Origin: a bacterium
GTDB lineage: Bacteria > Patescibacteriota > Minisyncoccia > Phycocordibacterales > Phycocordibacteraceae
Assembly: GCA_037200965.1 (NCBI GenBank)
Contig: JBBCGK010000001.1
Span: 864,001 to 928,000, forward strand
Length of the DNA stretch: 64,000 bases
Reading direction: 5' to 3'
Made by a program: the position numbers and the translations under genes. Within the stretch, counting starts at the first letter, position 1. Every line of letters begins with the position of its first letter. Positions 47,601-55,859 of this stretch are shown here, piece after piece. Below the pieces are notes generated by a model. It did not search any database and had not been told where the DNA came from. It worked only from the letters and a program-made list of their open reading frames with translations.

Positions 47601-47761
47601 TCCTTATAGAATTCGATCGCGCCGTGGAGATTTCCCGAGTCGGTGAGCGCGAGCGCTTCCATGCCTTCCTTTTTCGCGGCACCCACAAGCTCGTCGATCT
47701 TCGGGAGTGCCTGGAGGAAGGAGTAGTGGCTGTGGGCGTGGAGATGGATAAAGCGACTCAT
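44606..47761 (-). CDS. dnaE: DNA polymerase III alpha subunit
   Basis: PHP domain MSRFIHLHAHSHYSFLQ, polymerase core, OB fold; ~1050 aa. Confidence 0.85.
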   Translation of the reverse strand: MSRFIHLHAHSHYSFLQALPKIDELVGAAKKEGMEALALTDSGNLHGAIEFYKEAKKAELKPIIGVDAYLAHGSRFDKGQNEHRSRLVLLAENNDGYKNLLKLVTKSFTEGFNERPRMDKELLKKHPGGLIAIIPSFAGDVAKLLGAGQTEAAAATLAEYVSMFGKDNVFLEVTYHPKAAGHQEKMKRIVELSKSSGVPVVAQHDVYYLSPDDREACEVMRRIQHGGGGNRSNEVEDFSFISEKQALAYFKDMPEAVDRSKEIADRCNVVFELGKWVFPDLAVGEGFKTHDEELRAKTFAGIPRRGLTATPELLERVEYELKIIGDKGYAPYFLVVSDLLDFAHKNSILTTIRGSVAGSMVTYLAGITNVDALAYKIPFERFLNPERPSAPDIDMDFADNRRDEMIAYAKSKYGDDRVAQIGTFGTMMARAAVRDVARALGHAYGTGDRIAKLIPIGSQGFPMTIDRAFELEPDLKSLYEEDEDSHEILDLARRIEGCVRHTGVHAAGVVIAPTPLTEWTALQFDPKGGKLITQYDMHSIEDAGLLKFDFLGIKNLAILADSVERVRESKGIYIDIEAVPLDDPKTFAMLARGETEGTFQLNGSGMTRYLKELKPTTIHDINAMVALYRPGPMESIPSYIERKSNPKMITYLDERMKEYLDASYGLLVYQDDVLLTAIKLGGYSWLTADALRKAMGKKIPEIMEKEKEKLTKGFQEFGKLTEAKAEKLWKLIEPFAAYGFGKAHAASYGKVAYQTSYMKANYPVEYMAALLTADAGDTEQIAILAAECERMKIPVLPPDINESGTTFTVVGGAKDSIRFGLSSIKNFGDGIAGAILDERNAHGPFKDLTGFLSRVGSRNLNRKSLESLIRCGALDRFGSRGELLANIEHLLLFHRDATAAAPQDSLFGASLANSAALVLKPAEDVSVAQKLEWEKELLGIYVSGHPLDAHDEKLGQAKFTIGSLKENPQQGLPVILPALIEEIKTMLTKNGDKMSFVKLADKTASIESVVFPKLFKEHQGLIVPGKCVLIKAKVSLRNGETTLAIENLKAL

Positions 47762-47795
47762 GACGTACAGCATACCAAGCTGCTATGCTTCGTGC

Positions 47796-48392
47796 ATGCA
47801 AACGATTCTCGGCGTCGACGAGGCGGGACGCGGCCCGCTCGCGGGCCCGGTGGCAGTCGGCGTGGTGGCGATAGCGGAAGGATTCGACCTTGTGGCGGCG
47901 TTCCCGGGATTGAACGATTCCAAAAAGCTAAGCGAGAAGAACCGCGAGCGGATTTTCGCATTGCTCGAGAAGACCGCGGAAGTGCGCTATGCGGTCGAGT
48001 TTGCGGATGCGCGCGTGATAGATGCGGAAGGCATAAGCAAGGCGATACGGGATGCCCTCTCGCGCGGAGTACGGGCTCTCGTTCCTGATCCGTCCGATGT
48101 CTCTGTCTTTCTCGACGGTTCTCTCAAAGCGCCAGCGGAATATGCGCAAGAAACCGTTATCGGAGGAGACGGAACGATACCCGCCATTATGCTCGCTTCG
48201 GTCGCAGCGAAGGTGGCGCGCGACCGGCTGATGCGCGAGCTTGCGAAGAAGTATCCGTCGTACGGTTTCGAGAAGCATAAGGGGTACGGGACGGCCGCCC
48301 ACTATGCGGCGCTTCGTACACACGGCCCCTGCGAAATCCACCGCCATACTTTTCTGCACCTTGATCGGGCGAGCGGTACCAGGTATGGTTAA
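47796..48392 (+). CDS. rnhB: Ribonuclease HII
   Basis: ILGVDEAGRGPLAGPVAVGVV...DSKKLSEKNRE... Confidence 0.8.
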   Translation: MQTILGVDEAGRGPLAGPVAVGVVAIAEGFDLVAAFPGLNDSKKLSEKNRERIFALLEKTAEVRYAVEFADARVIDAEGISKAIRDALSRGVRALVPDPSDVSVFLDGSLKAPAEYAQETVIGGDGTIPAIMLASVAAKVARDRLMRELAKKYPSYGFEKHKGYGTAAHYAALRTHGPCEIHRHTFLHLDRASGTRYG

Positions 48393-48777
48393 CAATTGTC
48401 CGGGCATCTGCGTCCGGACTCGACAATTTGCACCTTCAGGGAGTTGAACCATGGGCGCACAGCCATGGAGTGGAGAGACGAGTGTTCAACAAGAAAACGG
48501 CTCATTGACGTTCCGTTTGGAGTTGGCGAGTTTTCATGTGTGCAGCGTCTGTACCTGCGCGCGCGAGTTATTCGCATCGGACGGAATCAATGAACCTGCC
48601 GTCGACTGCGCCAAAAGGAAACAGAGGGTTCCGCGAAGCATCGCGAATCTGTGTCCGGGGCCTCTCGAGGCCGTAGCGGTATAAGCCGCCTTCGCAAAGC
48701 GAACTGATGCCGCCGAAAGCCCCCAGGGGTTCTCGGCGGTGTTTGCTTTTTATACCGATTCTGGTAGCTTGAAGCGC

Positions 48778-49107
48778 ATGTCGATACGAATGCGCCACAC
48801 CAGTTCGCACACCAAAAACCGCCGGAGCCACCATGCGCTCAAGACCCTTACCGTCCTTAAGGACAAGGAGACGGGCGCGCTTCGCCTTCCGCACCGCGTC
48901 GACGAAGCGACGGGCATGTACCGCGGCAAGCAGATTTTCGCCGCGAAAGTGAAGGCGGTTAAGACGGACAAGACCGCAAAGAAAACCGACCATCCGAAGG
49001 ACCACGTGCACGACAGCGAGGCGGCGAAGCAGACCAAGACTTCGGTACTCGAAAAGTTTTCGGTTTCCCGACCGCGCTCGAGAAGCGGAATGGGCGGAGG
49101 AGCGTAA
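48778..49107 (+). CDS. rpmF: 50S ribosomal protein L32 with extended Lys-rich C-terminal tail
   Basis: MSIRMRHTSSHTKNRRSHHALKTLTVLKDKETGALRLPHRVDEATGMYRGKQI matches the L32 core; ~50 extra C-terminal residues. Confidence 0.6.
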   Translation: MSIRMRHTSSHTKNRRSHHALKTLTVLKDKETGALRLPHRVDEATGMYRGKQIFAAKVKAVKTDKTAKKTDHPKDHVHDSEAAKQTKTSVLEKFSVSRPRSRSGMGGGA

Positions 49108-49190
49108 GCTCCGCATTGTGCACAGGAGAAACCGCCGCGCCCTTGCGCGGCGGTTTGCGCTTGCTACGATACCTGTGTTGTTCATTCGAT

Positions 49191-50120
49191 ATGGCTAACC
49201 GACATCTTGCGCGCTCTGTCGTCCTCCAAACGCTCTTTGAGTGGGATACTACAGCTGCCTCAAGTGAAAGCGCGCACGAGACGCTCAAGAGAAATGTCGA
49301 AGAATTCGGCGGAGACGATGCCGATGCGCCGTTCATGTCGAAACTCCTCGACGGGGTGCTCGCCAAGCGGGACGACCTCGACCTCATCATCGCCAAGGCC
49401 GCTCCCGAATGGCCCCTCGAAAAGATCGCTCCCGTGGACCGTAACATTTTACGCCTCGGGCTTTTCGAGCTTCTCTTCGCCGACCGCACCCAGGTCCCGG
49501 CCAAGGTGGCCATAAACGAGGCGATAGAGCTCGCGAAGACGTTTGGAGGAGATTCCTCCGGGCGGTTCGTGAACGGGGTGCTCGGCGCCGTATACAAGGA
49601 GATAGGAGAGCCGGGCAAGGACGAAGTCAGCAAGAAAAAGCAGGTAAAATACGAAGATATTCCGCTCCAGCGGCTGGGCGGCGCGGTCGTCTATGCAAAG
49701 CACGAGGGCGAGTACTATCTCGCCCTCGTGCATGACGTGTTCGGGCATTGGACCCTTTCGAAGGGCAAGATCGGCGATACGCCGGAAACCGCGAATGAAA
49801 CGACCGAAGAAGGCACGGCGCGGAAAGTACGGGCGGAGATCGGCCTCGACGTAACGATCGAGGAGCAGGTCGGCGAGAACGAATACGTCGCGACGCATCC
49901 GGAGAATGGCAAGCTCCGAAAGCGCGTCACCTATTTCCTCGCGCGCGCGCAGTTCGAACCCCTCCAGCTTGAAGCGAACAAAGGGGGACTCGACGACGTC
50001 AAATGGTTCCGCCTCTCGGACATTCTTGACCTCAATTTCTACGATGATATGCTCCCCATCGTCACGAACGCCGTCCAGAAACTCCTCGACCGCGCCCGCG
50101 CCACTACTGTAAATGCCTGA
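49191..50120 (+). CDS. nusB: Transcription antitermination factor NusB fused to a C-terminal NUDIX-like domain
   Basis: NusB core (SVVLQTLFEWD...VDRNILRLGLFELLF...INEAIELAKTFGGDSSGRFVNGVLG), then GGAVVYA...GKIGDTPETANETTEEGTARKVRAEIGL (degenerate Nudix box). Confidence 0.7.
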   Translation: MANRHLARSVVLQTLFEWDTTAASSESAHETLKRNVEEFGGDDADAPFMSKLLDGVLAKRDDLDLIIAKAAPEWPLEKIAPVDRNILRLGLFELLFADRTQVPAKVAINEAIELAKTFGGDSSGRFVNGVLGAVYKEIGEPGKDEVSKKKQVKYEDIPLQRLGGAVVYAKHEGEYYLALVHDVFGHWTLSKGKIGDTPETANETTEEGTARKVRAEIGLDVTIEEQVGENEYVATHPENGKLRKRVTYFLARAQFEPLQLEANKGGLDDVKWFRLSDILDLNFYDDMLPIVTNAVQKLLDRARATTVNA

Positions 50121-50802
50121 TTTCGCCTCCTTCGCCGCAAAACTCGGACTCAAATTCGAAAACCAGGCGCTTCTCATCGAAGCGCTGACGCACCGCTCGT
50201 ACCTCAATGAAAATCGGGGAACGGTCTCGAAGCATAACGAACGGCTCGAATTCCTCGGCGACGCGGTCCTCGAGCTCGCCGTCACGCATTTCCTCTATTT
50301 TCAATACCCGAACAAGCAGGAAGGCGAGCTCACGGCCTATCGCGCGGCGCTCGTGAACACGGTGTCGCTTGCAAGCCTCGCCGAGAAGCTTGGCGTGAAC
50401 GACTACCTGCTGCTCTCGAAAGGCGAAGCCAAAGATACCGGCCGCGCTCGCGCAATCATTCTTGCAAACGCGTTCGAAGCGCTCCTTGGCGCGGTGTATC
50501 TCGACCAGGGATACGAAGCGGCGGAGAAGTTCCTCGCGCTTAACCTCTATCCGCGCCTTGCGGGAGTGCTCGAGCAGGGAACCTGGCAGGACGCGAAGAG
50601 CCGCTTCCAGGAGGCTTCCCAGGAGCATAGGGGCGTCACGCCGACGTACCGGACCATTTCCGAAACGGGTCCCGACCACGCCCGCTCCTTCACGGTCGGC
50701 GTCTTTTTGCATGCTGAAGAGATAGGGCGCGGGGAAGGGAAATCAAAACAGGAGGCCGAGCAGGCCGCGGCGCAAAACGGCATTGACAAGATGGGGTGGT
50801 AG
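50113..50802 (+). CDS. rnc: Ribonuclease III
   Basis: NERLEFLGDAVLELAV signature, C-terminal dsRBD; 8-nt overlap with nusB. Confidence 0.85.
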   Translation: MPDFASFAAKLGLKFENQALLIEALTHRSYLNENRGTVSKHNERLEFLGDAVLELAVTHFLYFQYPNKQEGELTAYRAALVNTVSLASLAEKLGVNDYLLLSKGEAKDTGRARAIILANAFEALLGAVYLDQGYEAAEKFLALNLYPRLAGVLEQGTWQDAKSRFQEASQEHRGVTPTYRTISETGPDHARSFTVGVFLHAEEIGRGEGKSKQEAEQAAAQNGIDKMGW

Positions 50803-50838
50803 AAGTATTATCCAGACAGGCCAAAGGAGATTGAGCAG

Positions 50839-51126
50839 ATGGCAGGAACAGGCGTTTCTTCCGAGAATCCGGGATTTATCCCGGATCAGAACTACACATT
50901 CGAACCGCCGGTGAAGACGAGATGCATCTCGACCGCTGGCGGCAGCGGCTGGACCGAAAAGGTTTTCGCCGAAGGGTGGTGCCTGAAGTTCGATCCGAGC
51001 ACGAAGATAGGCACCTTCCAGGGAATGCCTGTCGGAGAAGATGTCGAACACTTCTTCACCATCGAATTCGGCCCTGGGAGCGTGGCGAAAGAAGTCTCGC
51101 CGCCCCATCTCACGGTCGTGAAATAG
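50839..51126 (+). CDS. Small hypothetical protein
   Basis: 95-aa ORF between rnc and the SMC-like gene. Confidence 0.3.
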   Translation: MAGTGVSSENPGFIPDQNYTFEPPVKTRCISTAGGSGWTEKVFAEGWCLKFDPSTKIGTFQGMPVGEDVEHFFTIEFGPGSVAKEVSPPHLTVVK

Positions 51127-51193
51127 GACGGGCTCCTGTATATCCGTCCTCACACAGCACTCGCGCCATGCGCGGGTGCTGTATACTTTTTAT

Positions 51194-54100
51194 ATGCTCA
51201 AGCGGCTCGAAATCGCCGGGTTCAAATCGTTCGCACGGAAGACCGTGCTCGATTTCTCGTCCTCGGTGACGTCGATCGTGGGGCCGAATGGATCTGGGAA
51301 GTGCGTGACGGGCGATACGCTCCTTGCGCGCCGGACGGCTTCGGGGGAAGCGGAAGACGTCGCGATCAAAGACATCCGTCGCGGCGACGAGGTACTCGCG
51401 CTTGACGAGGCGACGGGCGCTTTCGTGAGCGCCCGCGTGAACGCGCTCCTCGATTCGGGCACCAAAGACGTGTGTGAGCTTGTCACGGAAAGCGGCAAGC
51501 GCATTCGTACGACCGCGGAGCACCCTTATCTCGCCGCTCCGGAGGCCCGGCCAGTTCCCGAGCGTCCGCGCATCGGCGTGTTTATTGATAACTCGAATCT
51601 CTATCATGGGGCGCGAAAGGCCGGGTGGCAGATCGATTTTGGCAAGCTCCGCGCGCTGCTTGAAGCAAGCGCCGACCTTCGCATCATGCGCTATCACGTC
51701 GCGGTTCCGGAAGCCGGGGATCCCGCGCATGAAGCCGCGCGCAAGCATCTGCGGGCGGTCGCCCCGTACGTGACGGTGCTCGAAAAGCCGCTCAAGTATA
51801 TTGCCGGAAGCAACGGATCGGTCGTAAAGAAGGGAGATATCGACATCGACCTCGCCCTGGATGTCGTGCGGCATCTGCCGCTTCTCGACGTCGCGATAAT
51901 CGTGAGCGGGGACAGCGACTATCTGGGGCTTGAGCAGTACGTGCAGCGGCAAGGGAAAGCGGCCCTATTCCTCTCATTCAAGCGGTCGATGGCGTGGGAG
52001 TTGCGCTTGAAGCCGCATATCTTTGCGGAGCGCATCCGCCCGTGGATCGAGCGCAGAGGAACGCAAAACCCCGAGCTTTCGCTCGGGGCAGTGTTGGTAG
52101 CGCCAATTATACAGGCATCGCTCAAGCGCGCAAGCCCCGGGCGCGAGACCCGTGTGGATACTATCGGTTCATGGACTCGCGTCATGCATCTTGCTATCGG
52201 TTCGCGCATCGCGACGCTCTCTGCCTCCGGAGCGCTCACGTTTGAAGCAGTTGCGTCGATATCCGTTCTTCCCGCTGAACGGGTATATGACATTGAGGTG
52301 GAAGGAGTTCATAACTTCGTGGGAAACGGTATCGTCGCGCACAACAGCAACGTTGCCGAAGCTTTCCGCTTCGCGCTCGGGGAACAGTCGATGAAGTCGA
52401 TGCGCGGGAAACGAAGCGAAGACCTCATCTTTTCGGGCTCGCACACCGCACAGCGCTCAAACCGTGCCGCGGTCGCGGTCGTTTTCGATAATTCCCGCAA
52501 GCAATTCAAGCTCGACTTTAACGAGGTGGTGATCGAGCGCGCGGTATTTCGCGACGGGACGAGCGAATACTCGATCAACGGGTCGAAAGCGCGCCTTCGC
52601 GACATCCAGGAGCTTCTTGCAGGCGCCAATATCGGCGAGACCGGGCACCACATCATCTCCCAGGGCGAGGCCGATCGGATACTCGCGGCTTCAAGCGCCG
52701 ACCGGCGCGAAATGCTTGAGGAAGCGCTCGGGCTCAAGATTTTCGAATTCAAGAAGCAGGAGAGCGAGAAGAAACTCCAGAAGACCGAGGAGAATATCGG
52801 ACAGGTGGAGGCGCTCCGGAGGGAACTCGCGCCGCACTTGAAGTTCCTCGGGAAGCAGGTCGAGAAGCTCGAACGCGCGGAGGAAATGCGGCGCGAGCTC
52901 GGAGCCGCGGCGAGGACGTACCTCGCGATCGAGGATGCCTATCTTCGGGAAGAAAAGAAGCGTGCCGAAAGCGCGAAAGTCTCCGCGGCGGAGCGCCTTG
53001 CGAAAGCGTCCGCGGAACTTGCCGCGGTCACCGACCTCACGGCAAGCGACAGCGAAGCCCTGAAGCGCTTCGAAGCCGTACGGCAGTCGGAAGCTCTTGC
53101 CGAGCGGATTACCTCCTCGCGGGCCGAACTTGCGCGCGAGCTCGGGAAGACGGAAGGTGCGCTTGAGGGAGCAAAAAGGCGAAGCGCCGCAGTCGCCCGC
53201 GACCCGTACGCGAAGATACCGCGGGAAGACCTGACGGCTCTTCGGGACGAGGTTGAGCGGCAGGCCGAAGGCGCGGGAGAAGGTGTCGAGTCGCTGCGCG
53301 CCGCACTCGCCGCGATACGCTCGGCAACGCGCGCTTTCTTCGAGCGCTTCGCGGTTTCGGGTGCCGCGTACCTTGCGGAGGAGGAGCGCGAGACGTTCGC
53401 GCTTGAGGAAGAGCAGAAAAGGCTCGTCGCGAAAGACGCGGAGCTCGCTGCCGAGCTTGAAAAAGCGCGGGCGGCGCTTGCCCGAGCCCGCGAAGAAGCC
53501 CGCGCCCGCGAAGAGGCGGGGCGCGAAAGCCAGCACCGCACGCTGCAGGTCGCGGAGGCAAAGGCTTCCGCGGAGGCGGAGACGGAACGGTTCGGCGCGC
53601 GCCTTCGCGAGCTTGCCTTCCTTGCCGAAGAGCTCCAGAGGGACACGGCCGAAGTACTCGCGCTTGCGGGTGCCGAGGCCGTCTCGTACGCGCCCCTGTC
53701 GGAGCTTCCGCGGGAAGAGCGCCGGGCGCAGGAAGACCGCAAGCGCGCGCTTGAGCGCCTCAAGATACGGCTTGAGGAAGCGGGCGGCGGCGGGGAACAA
53801 ATACGCAGCGAATACAAGGAGGTCTCGGAGCGAGAGAGTTTCCTTGCGCGGGAGCTTGAGGATCTTGCGAAGTCGGCCGCAGGGCTTCGGGAACTCATAA
53901 CCGAGCTCGATACGGAACTCGGCAAGAGTTTCGCGGAGGGGCTTCAGAAGGTTAACGCGTCGTTCGGGGAATTCTTCGCGCTCATGTTCGGGGGCGGAAG
54001 CGCCCGGCTTGTGCTTGAAGAGCCCGAAGACGATGAAGAGGAAGACGAGGAACGCGAAACAAGCACGCCACGCAGGGAAATGCGTCCGGGGATCGAGATA

Positions 54101-54439
54101 TCGGTTGCCCTCCCGAAAAAGCGCGTGCAGTCGCTCATGCAGCTTTCAGGCGGCGAGCGGGCGCTCACGTCGATCGCGCTCATCTTTGCCATGAGCCAGG
54201 TGAATCCGCCGCCGTTTTTGATACTTGACGAGACGGACGCGGCCTTGGACGAGGCCAACAGCCGCCGCTACGGCGACATGATCGAGAACCTCTCGAAGAA
54301 ATCCCAGCTTATCGTCATCACGCATAACCGCGAGACCATGAGCAGGGCGGGCATCCTCTACGGCGTGACAATGTCGGGCGACGGCGTCTCGAAGCTCCTT
54401 TCGGTCAAATTCGACGAGGCGGTTGCGGTGGCGAAGTAA
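51194..54439 (+). CDS. smc: SMC-like chromosome segregation ATPase (hinge-less short form), interrupted in-frame by an intein
   Basis: N-terminus MLKRLEIAGFKSF...GPNGSGK | intein | SNVAEAFRFALGE...; long coiled coil; C-terminal LSGGERALTSIALIFA...LILDETDAALD; no hinge domain found. Position rpmF-nusB-rnc-smc mirrors conserved synteny. Confidence 0.75.
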   Translation: MLKRLEIAGFKSFARKTVLDFSSSVTSIVGPNGSGKCVTGDTLLARRTASGEAEDVAIKDIRRGDEVLALDEATGAFVSARVNALLDSGTKDVCELVTESGKRIRTTAEHPYLAAPEARPVPERPRIGVFIDNSNLYHGARKAGWQIDFGKLRALLEASADLRIMRYHVAVPEAGDPAHEAARKHLRAVAPYVTVLEKPLKYIAGSNGSVVKKGDIDIDLALDVVRHLPLLDVAIIVSGDSDYLGLEQYVQRQGKAALFLSFKRSMAWELRLKPHIFAERIRPWIERRGTQNPELSLGAVLVAPIIQASLKRASPGRETRVDTIGSWTRVMHLAIGSRIATLSASGALTFEAVASISVLPAERVYDIEVEGVHNFVGNGIVAHNSNVAEAFRFALGEQSMKSMRGKRSEDLIFSGSHTAQRSNRAAVAVVFDNSRKQFKLDFNEVVIERAVFRDGTSEYSINGSKARLRDIQELLAGANIGETGHHIISQGEADRILAASSADRREMLEEALGLKIFEFKKQESEKKLQKTEENIGQVEALRRELAPHLKFLGKQVEKLERAEEMRRELGAAARTYLAIEDAYLREEKKRAESAKVSAAERLAKASAELAAVTDLTASDSEALKRFEAVRQSEALAERITSSRAELARELGKTEGALEGAKRRSAAVARDPYAKIPREDLTALRDEVERQAEGAGEGVESLRAALAAIRSATRAFFERFAVSGAAYLAEEERETFALEEEQKRLVAKDAELAAELEKARAALARAREEARAREEAGRESQHRTLQVAEAKASAEAETERFGARLRELAFLAEELQRDTAEVLALAGAEAVSYAPLSELPREERRAQEDRKRALERLKIRLEEAGGGGEQIRSEYKEVSERESFLARELEDLAKSAAGLRELITELDTELGKSFAEGLQKVNASFGEFFALMFGGGSARLVLEEPEDDEEEDEERETSTPRREMRPGIEISVALPKKRVQSLMQLSGGERALTSIALIFAMSQVNPPPFLILDETDAALDEANSRRYGDMIENLSKKSQLIVITHNRETMSRAGILYGVTMSGDGVSKLLSVKFDEAVAVAK
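51302..52345 (+). other. Intein (348 aa) in the SMC Walker-A P-loop with an NYN/PIN-like internal domain
   Basis: Block A CVTGDTLL right after GPNGSGK; block B TTAEHPYL; blocks F/G VYDIEVEGVHNFVGNGIVAHN followed by +1 Ser. Internal IGVFIDNSNLYHGARKAGWQIDFGKL...KKGDIDIDLALDVV...DVAIIVSGDSDYLGLEQYVQRQGKAALF matches NYN/LabA-like nuclease. Confidence 0.7.
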
Positions 54440-54450
54440 TCGTCTTCTAA

Positions 54451-55332
54451 TCAACACCTTGGCACCACCTCCTTGAGTACTTGTGCCGGGGTCAGGAGAT
54501 TCAGGCCGAAATGGTGCCGCTCCCGGTTGTACCAGGGGATGTATTTCTTCAGAGCCGCATTGAACGCTTCCGGACTTCTGCGCGCATGGTCGAGGCACTC
54601 CTCCTGAAGCGTGCGGTTGAATCGCTCGATATGCGCATTGTCGTTGGGTTTCCCGATGCGGGAATACCGGTGCTTCCTCCGGATGCGCTCGACGAACCAC
54701 GCCCCGAACTCGGGACCATGGTCGCTCTGGAGCATTTCGAAGCGGAAGGACGCTCTCCGCTGCGCCTCCTCGACGAAGCGCACGGCGGTCGCGGCATCCA
54801 TGCGCGCATAGGTCTTCGCGTACGCGGTGCGGGAATGCACGTCGATGAGGGTGAAGGTATACATCCGCTTCTTCAAATCGAGCATGGTGTGAATGGTGTC
54901 GATCTGGACGAGGGAACCGGGTTTCTCCGGCAGGGGGCGGTCGACCTGTGGGTGGTATCGCTTGTACGGGCTCCTCTTCTTGAGGAGGCCCATGCGGTCA
55001 AGCGTTCGCTTGATGGTGGAGAGTGAAATCACCACCCCTTCCTCCTCCAGTATGCGCTGAATGACTTCCGCGCTTCGCTTCGACTTGAGCCGGGTATGGA
55101 AGATCTTCCAGCGGAGTTCGTCTGAGAGCTGCCGGGGATGGCGCTTCGGACGCGACGAGCGCGTCGGTATCGGGTGGTATCCGATGCGTTCGGCCCTTCG
55201 CACCCATTTCATGACGGCGGTGTGATGGTACCCGAGATGCCGCCCGATCTTGCGCGCGCTCCAGCCTTGGCGGAAGAGATCCGCCGCTTCGCGGCGGATG
55301 CGGGGCATACGGGGGTTGGTGGTGTATGGCAT
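54451..55332 (-). CDS. DDE transposase/integrase (rve superfamily, IS481-like)
   Basis: N-terminal HTH (WSARKIGRHLGYHHTAVMKWVRR), QIDTIH, LQSDHGPEF, GKPNDNAHIERFNRTLQEE; start set at MPYTT (alternative 55368 lies outside the right IR). Confidence 0.65.
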   Translation of the reverse strand: MPYTTNPRMPRIRREAADLFRQGWSARKIGRHLGYHHTAVMKWVRRAERIGYHPIPTRSSRPKRHPRQLSDELRWKIFHTRLKSKRSAEVIQRILEEEGVVISLSTIKRTLDRMGLLKKRSPYKRYHPQVDRPLPEKPGSLVQIDTIHTMLDLKKRMYTFTLIDVHSRTAYAKTYARMDAATAVRFVEEAQRRASFRFEMLQSDHGPEFGAWFVERIRRKHRYSRIGKPNDNAHIERFNRTLQEECLDHARRSPEAFNAALKKYIPWYNRERHHFGLNLLTPAQVLKEVVPRC

Positions 55333-55363
55333 GCGACTTGGCTTAGTGGTGCCAAGGTATTGA
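54451..55363 (-). mobile_element. IS element (IS481/rve-integrase type) with 18-bp terminal inverted repeats
   Basis: TCAACACCTTGGCACCAC (54451-54468) versus reverse complement of 55346-55363 TCAATACCTTGGCACCAC (1 mismatch); encloses a DDE transposase; lies 11 bp after the smc stop. Confidence 0.6.
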
Positions 55364-55439
55364 ACCATTACGAGTAATTTGACACGTTTCCTCTTATAGA
55401 GTATTGTGCGCATAACGCATAGACGAAAAGGAGATTCGA

Positions 55440-55811
55440 ATGCGTAGCACATTCAAAGCGATAGTGGCAGCCGCGCTCATGCTTGCGCCTGTTGCTGCCG
55501 GGGCGGAGCCGGATTTCGCATATAACGAGAGAAGCCCGAGCGAGAAATGGCGAGACGAACACATCACCTTCGCCTACTTCGGGCGGGAAATCAAAGGCAC
55601 CGACTGGCTCGTCATCGGCCTCCATCCCGGAGACCGGAAGGTAACCGTCTCGCACCGGCATAAGATCTATCGCGACTGGGGCTATGCGGAAGTGTTTTCG
55701 CTATCAGTAGGCGACTCAATCTTCCTCGAGCCGTCTACTGCATATCCATTTGGTCAAAAGGCGAAGCTCGTAGAGTTCGATGGCTACACCAGCATGTTCT
55801 GGATCCATTGA
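55440..55811 (+). CDS. Small secreted hypothetical protein
   Basis: Signal peptide MRSTFKAIVAAALMLAPVAAGA. Confidence 0.35.
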   Translation: MRSTFKAIVAAALMLAPVAAGAEPDFAYNERSPSEKWRDEHITFAYFGREIKGTDWLVIGLHPGDRKVTVSHRHKIYRDWGYAEVFSLSVGDSIFLEPSTAYPFGQKAKLVEFDGYTSMFWIH

Positions 55812-55859
55812 GTTTCACCCCGTGAAGGGAGGTGCCCGGCACAGAAGGCCGGGCACTTT

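Noticed and set aside
52691-53925. 369-aa and 328-aa minus-strand ORFs inside smc
   Set aside because: Antisense to the Ala/Glu/Arg-rich coiled-coil coding region; compositional artefacts.
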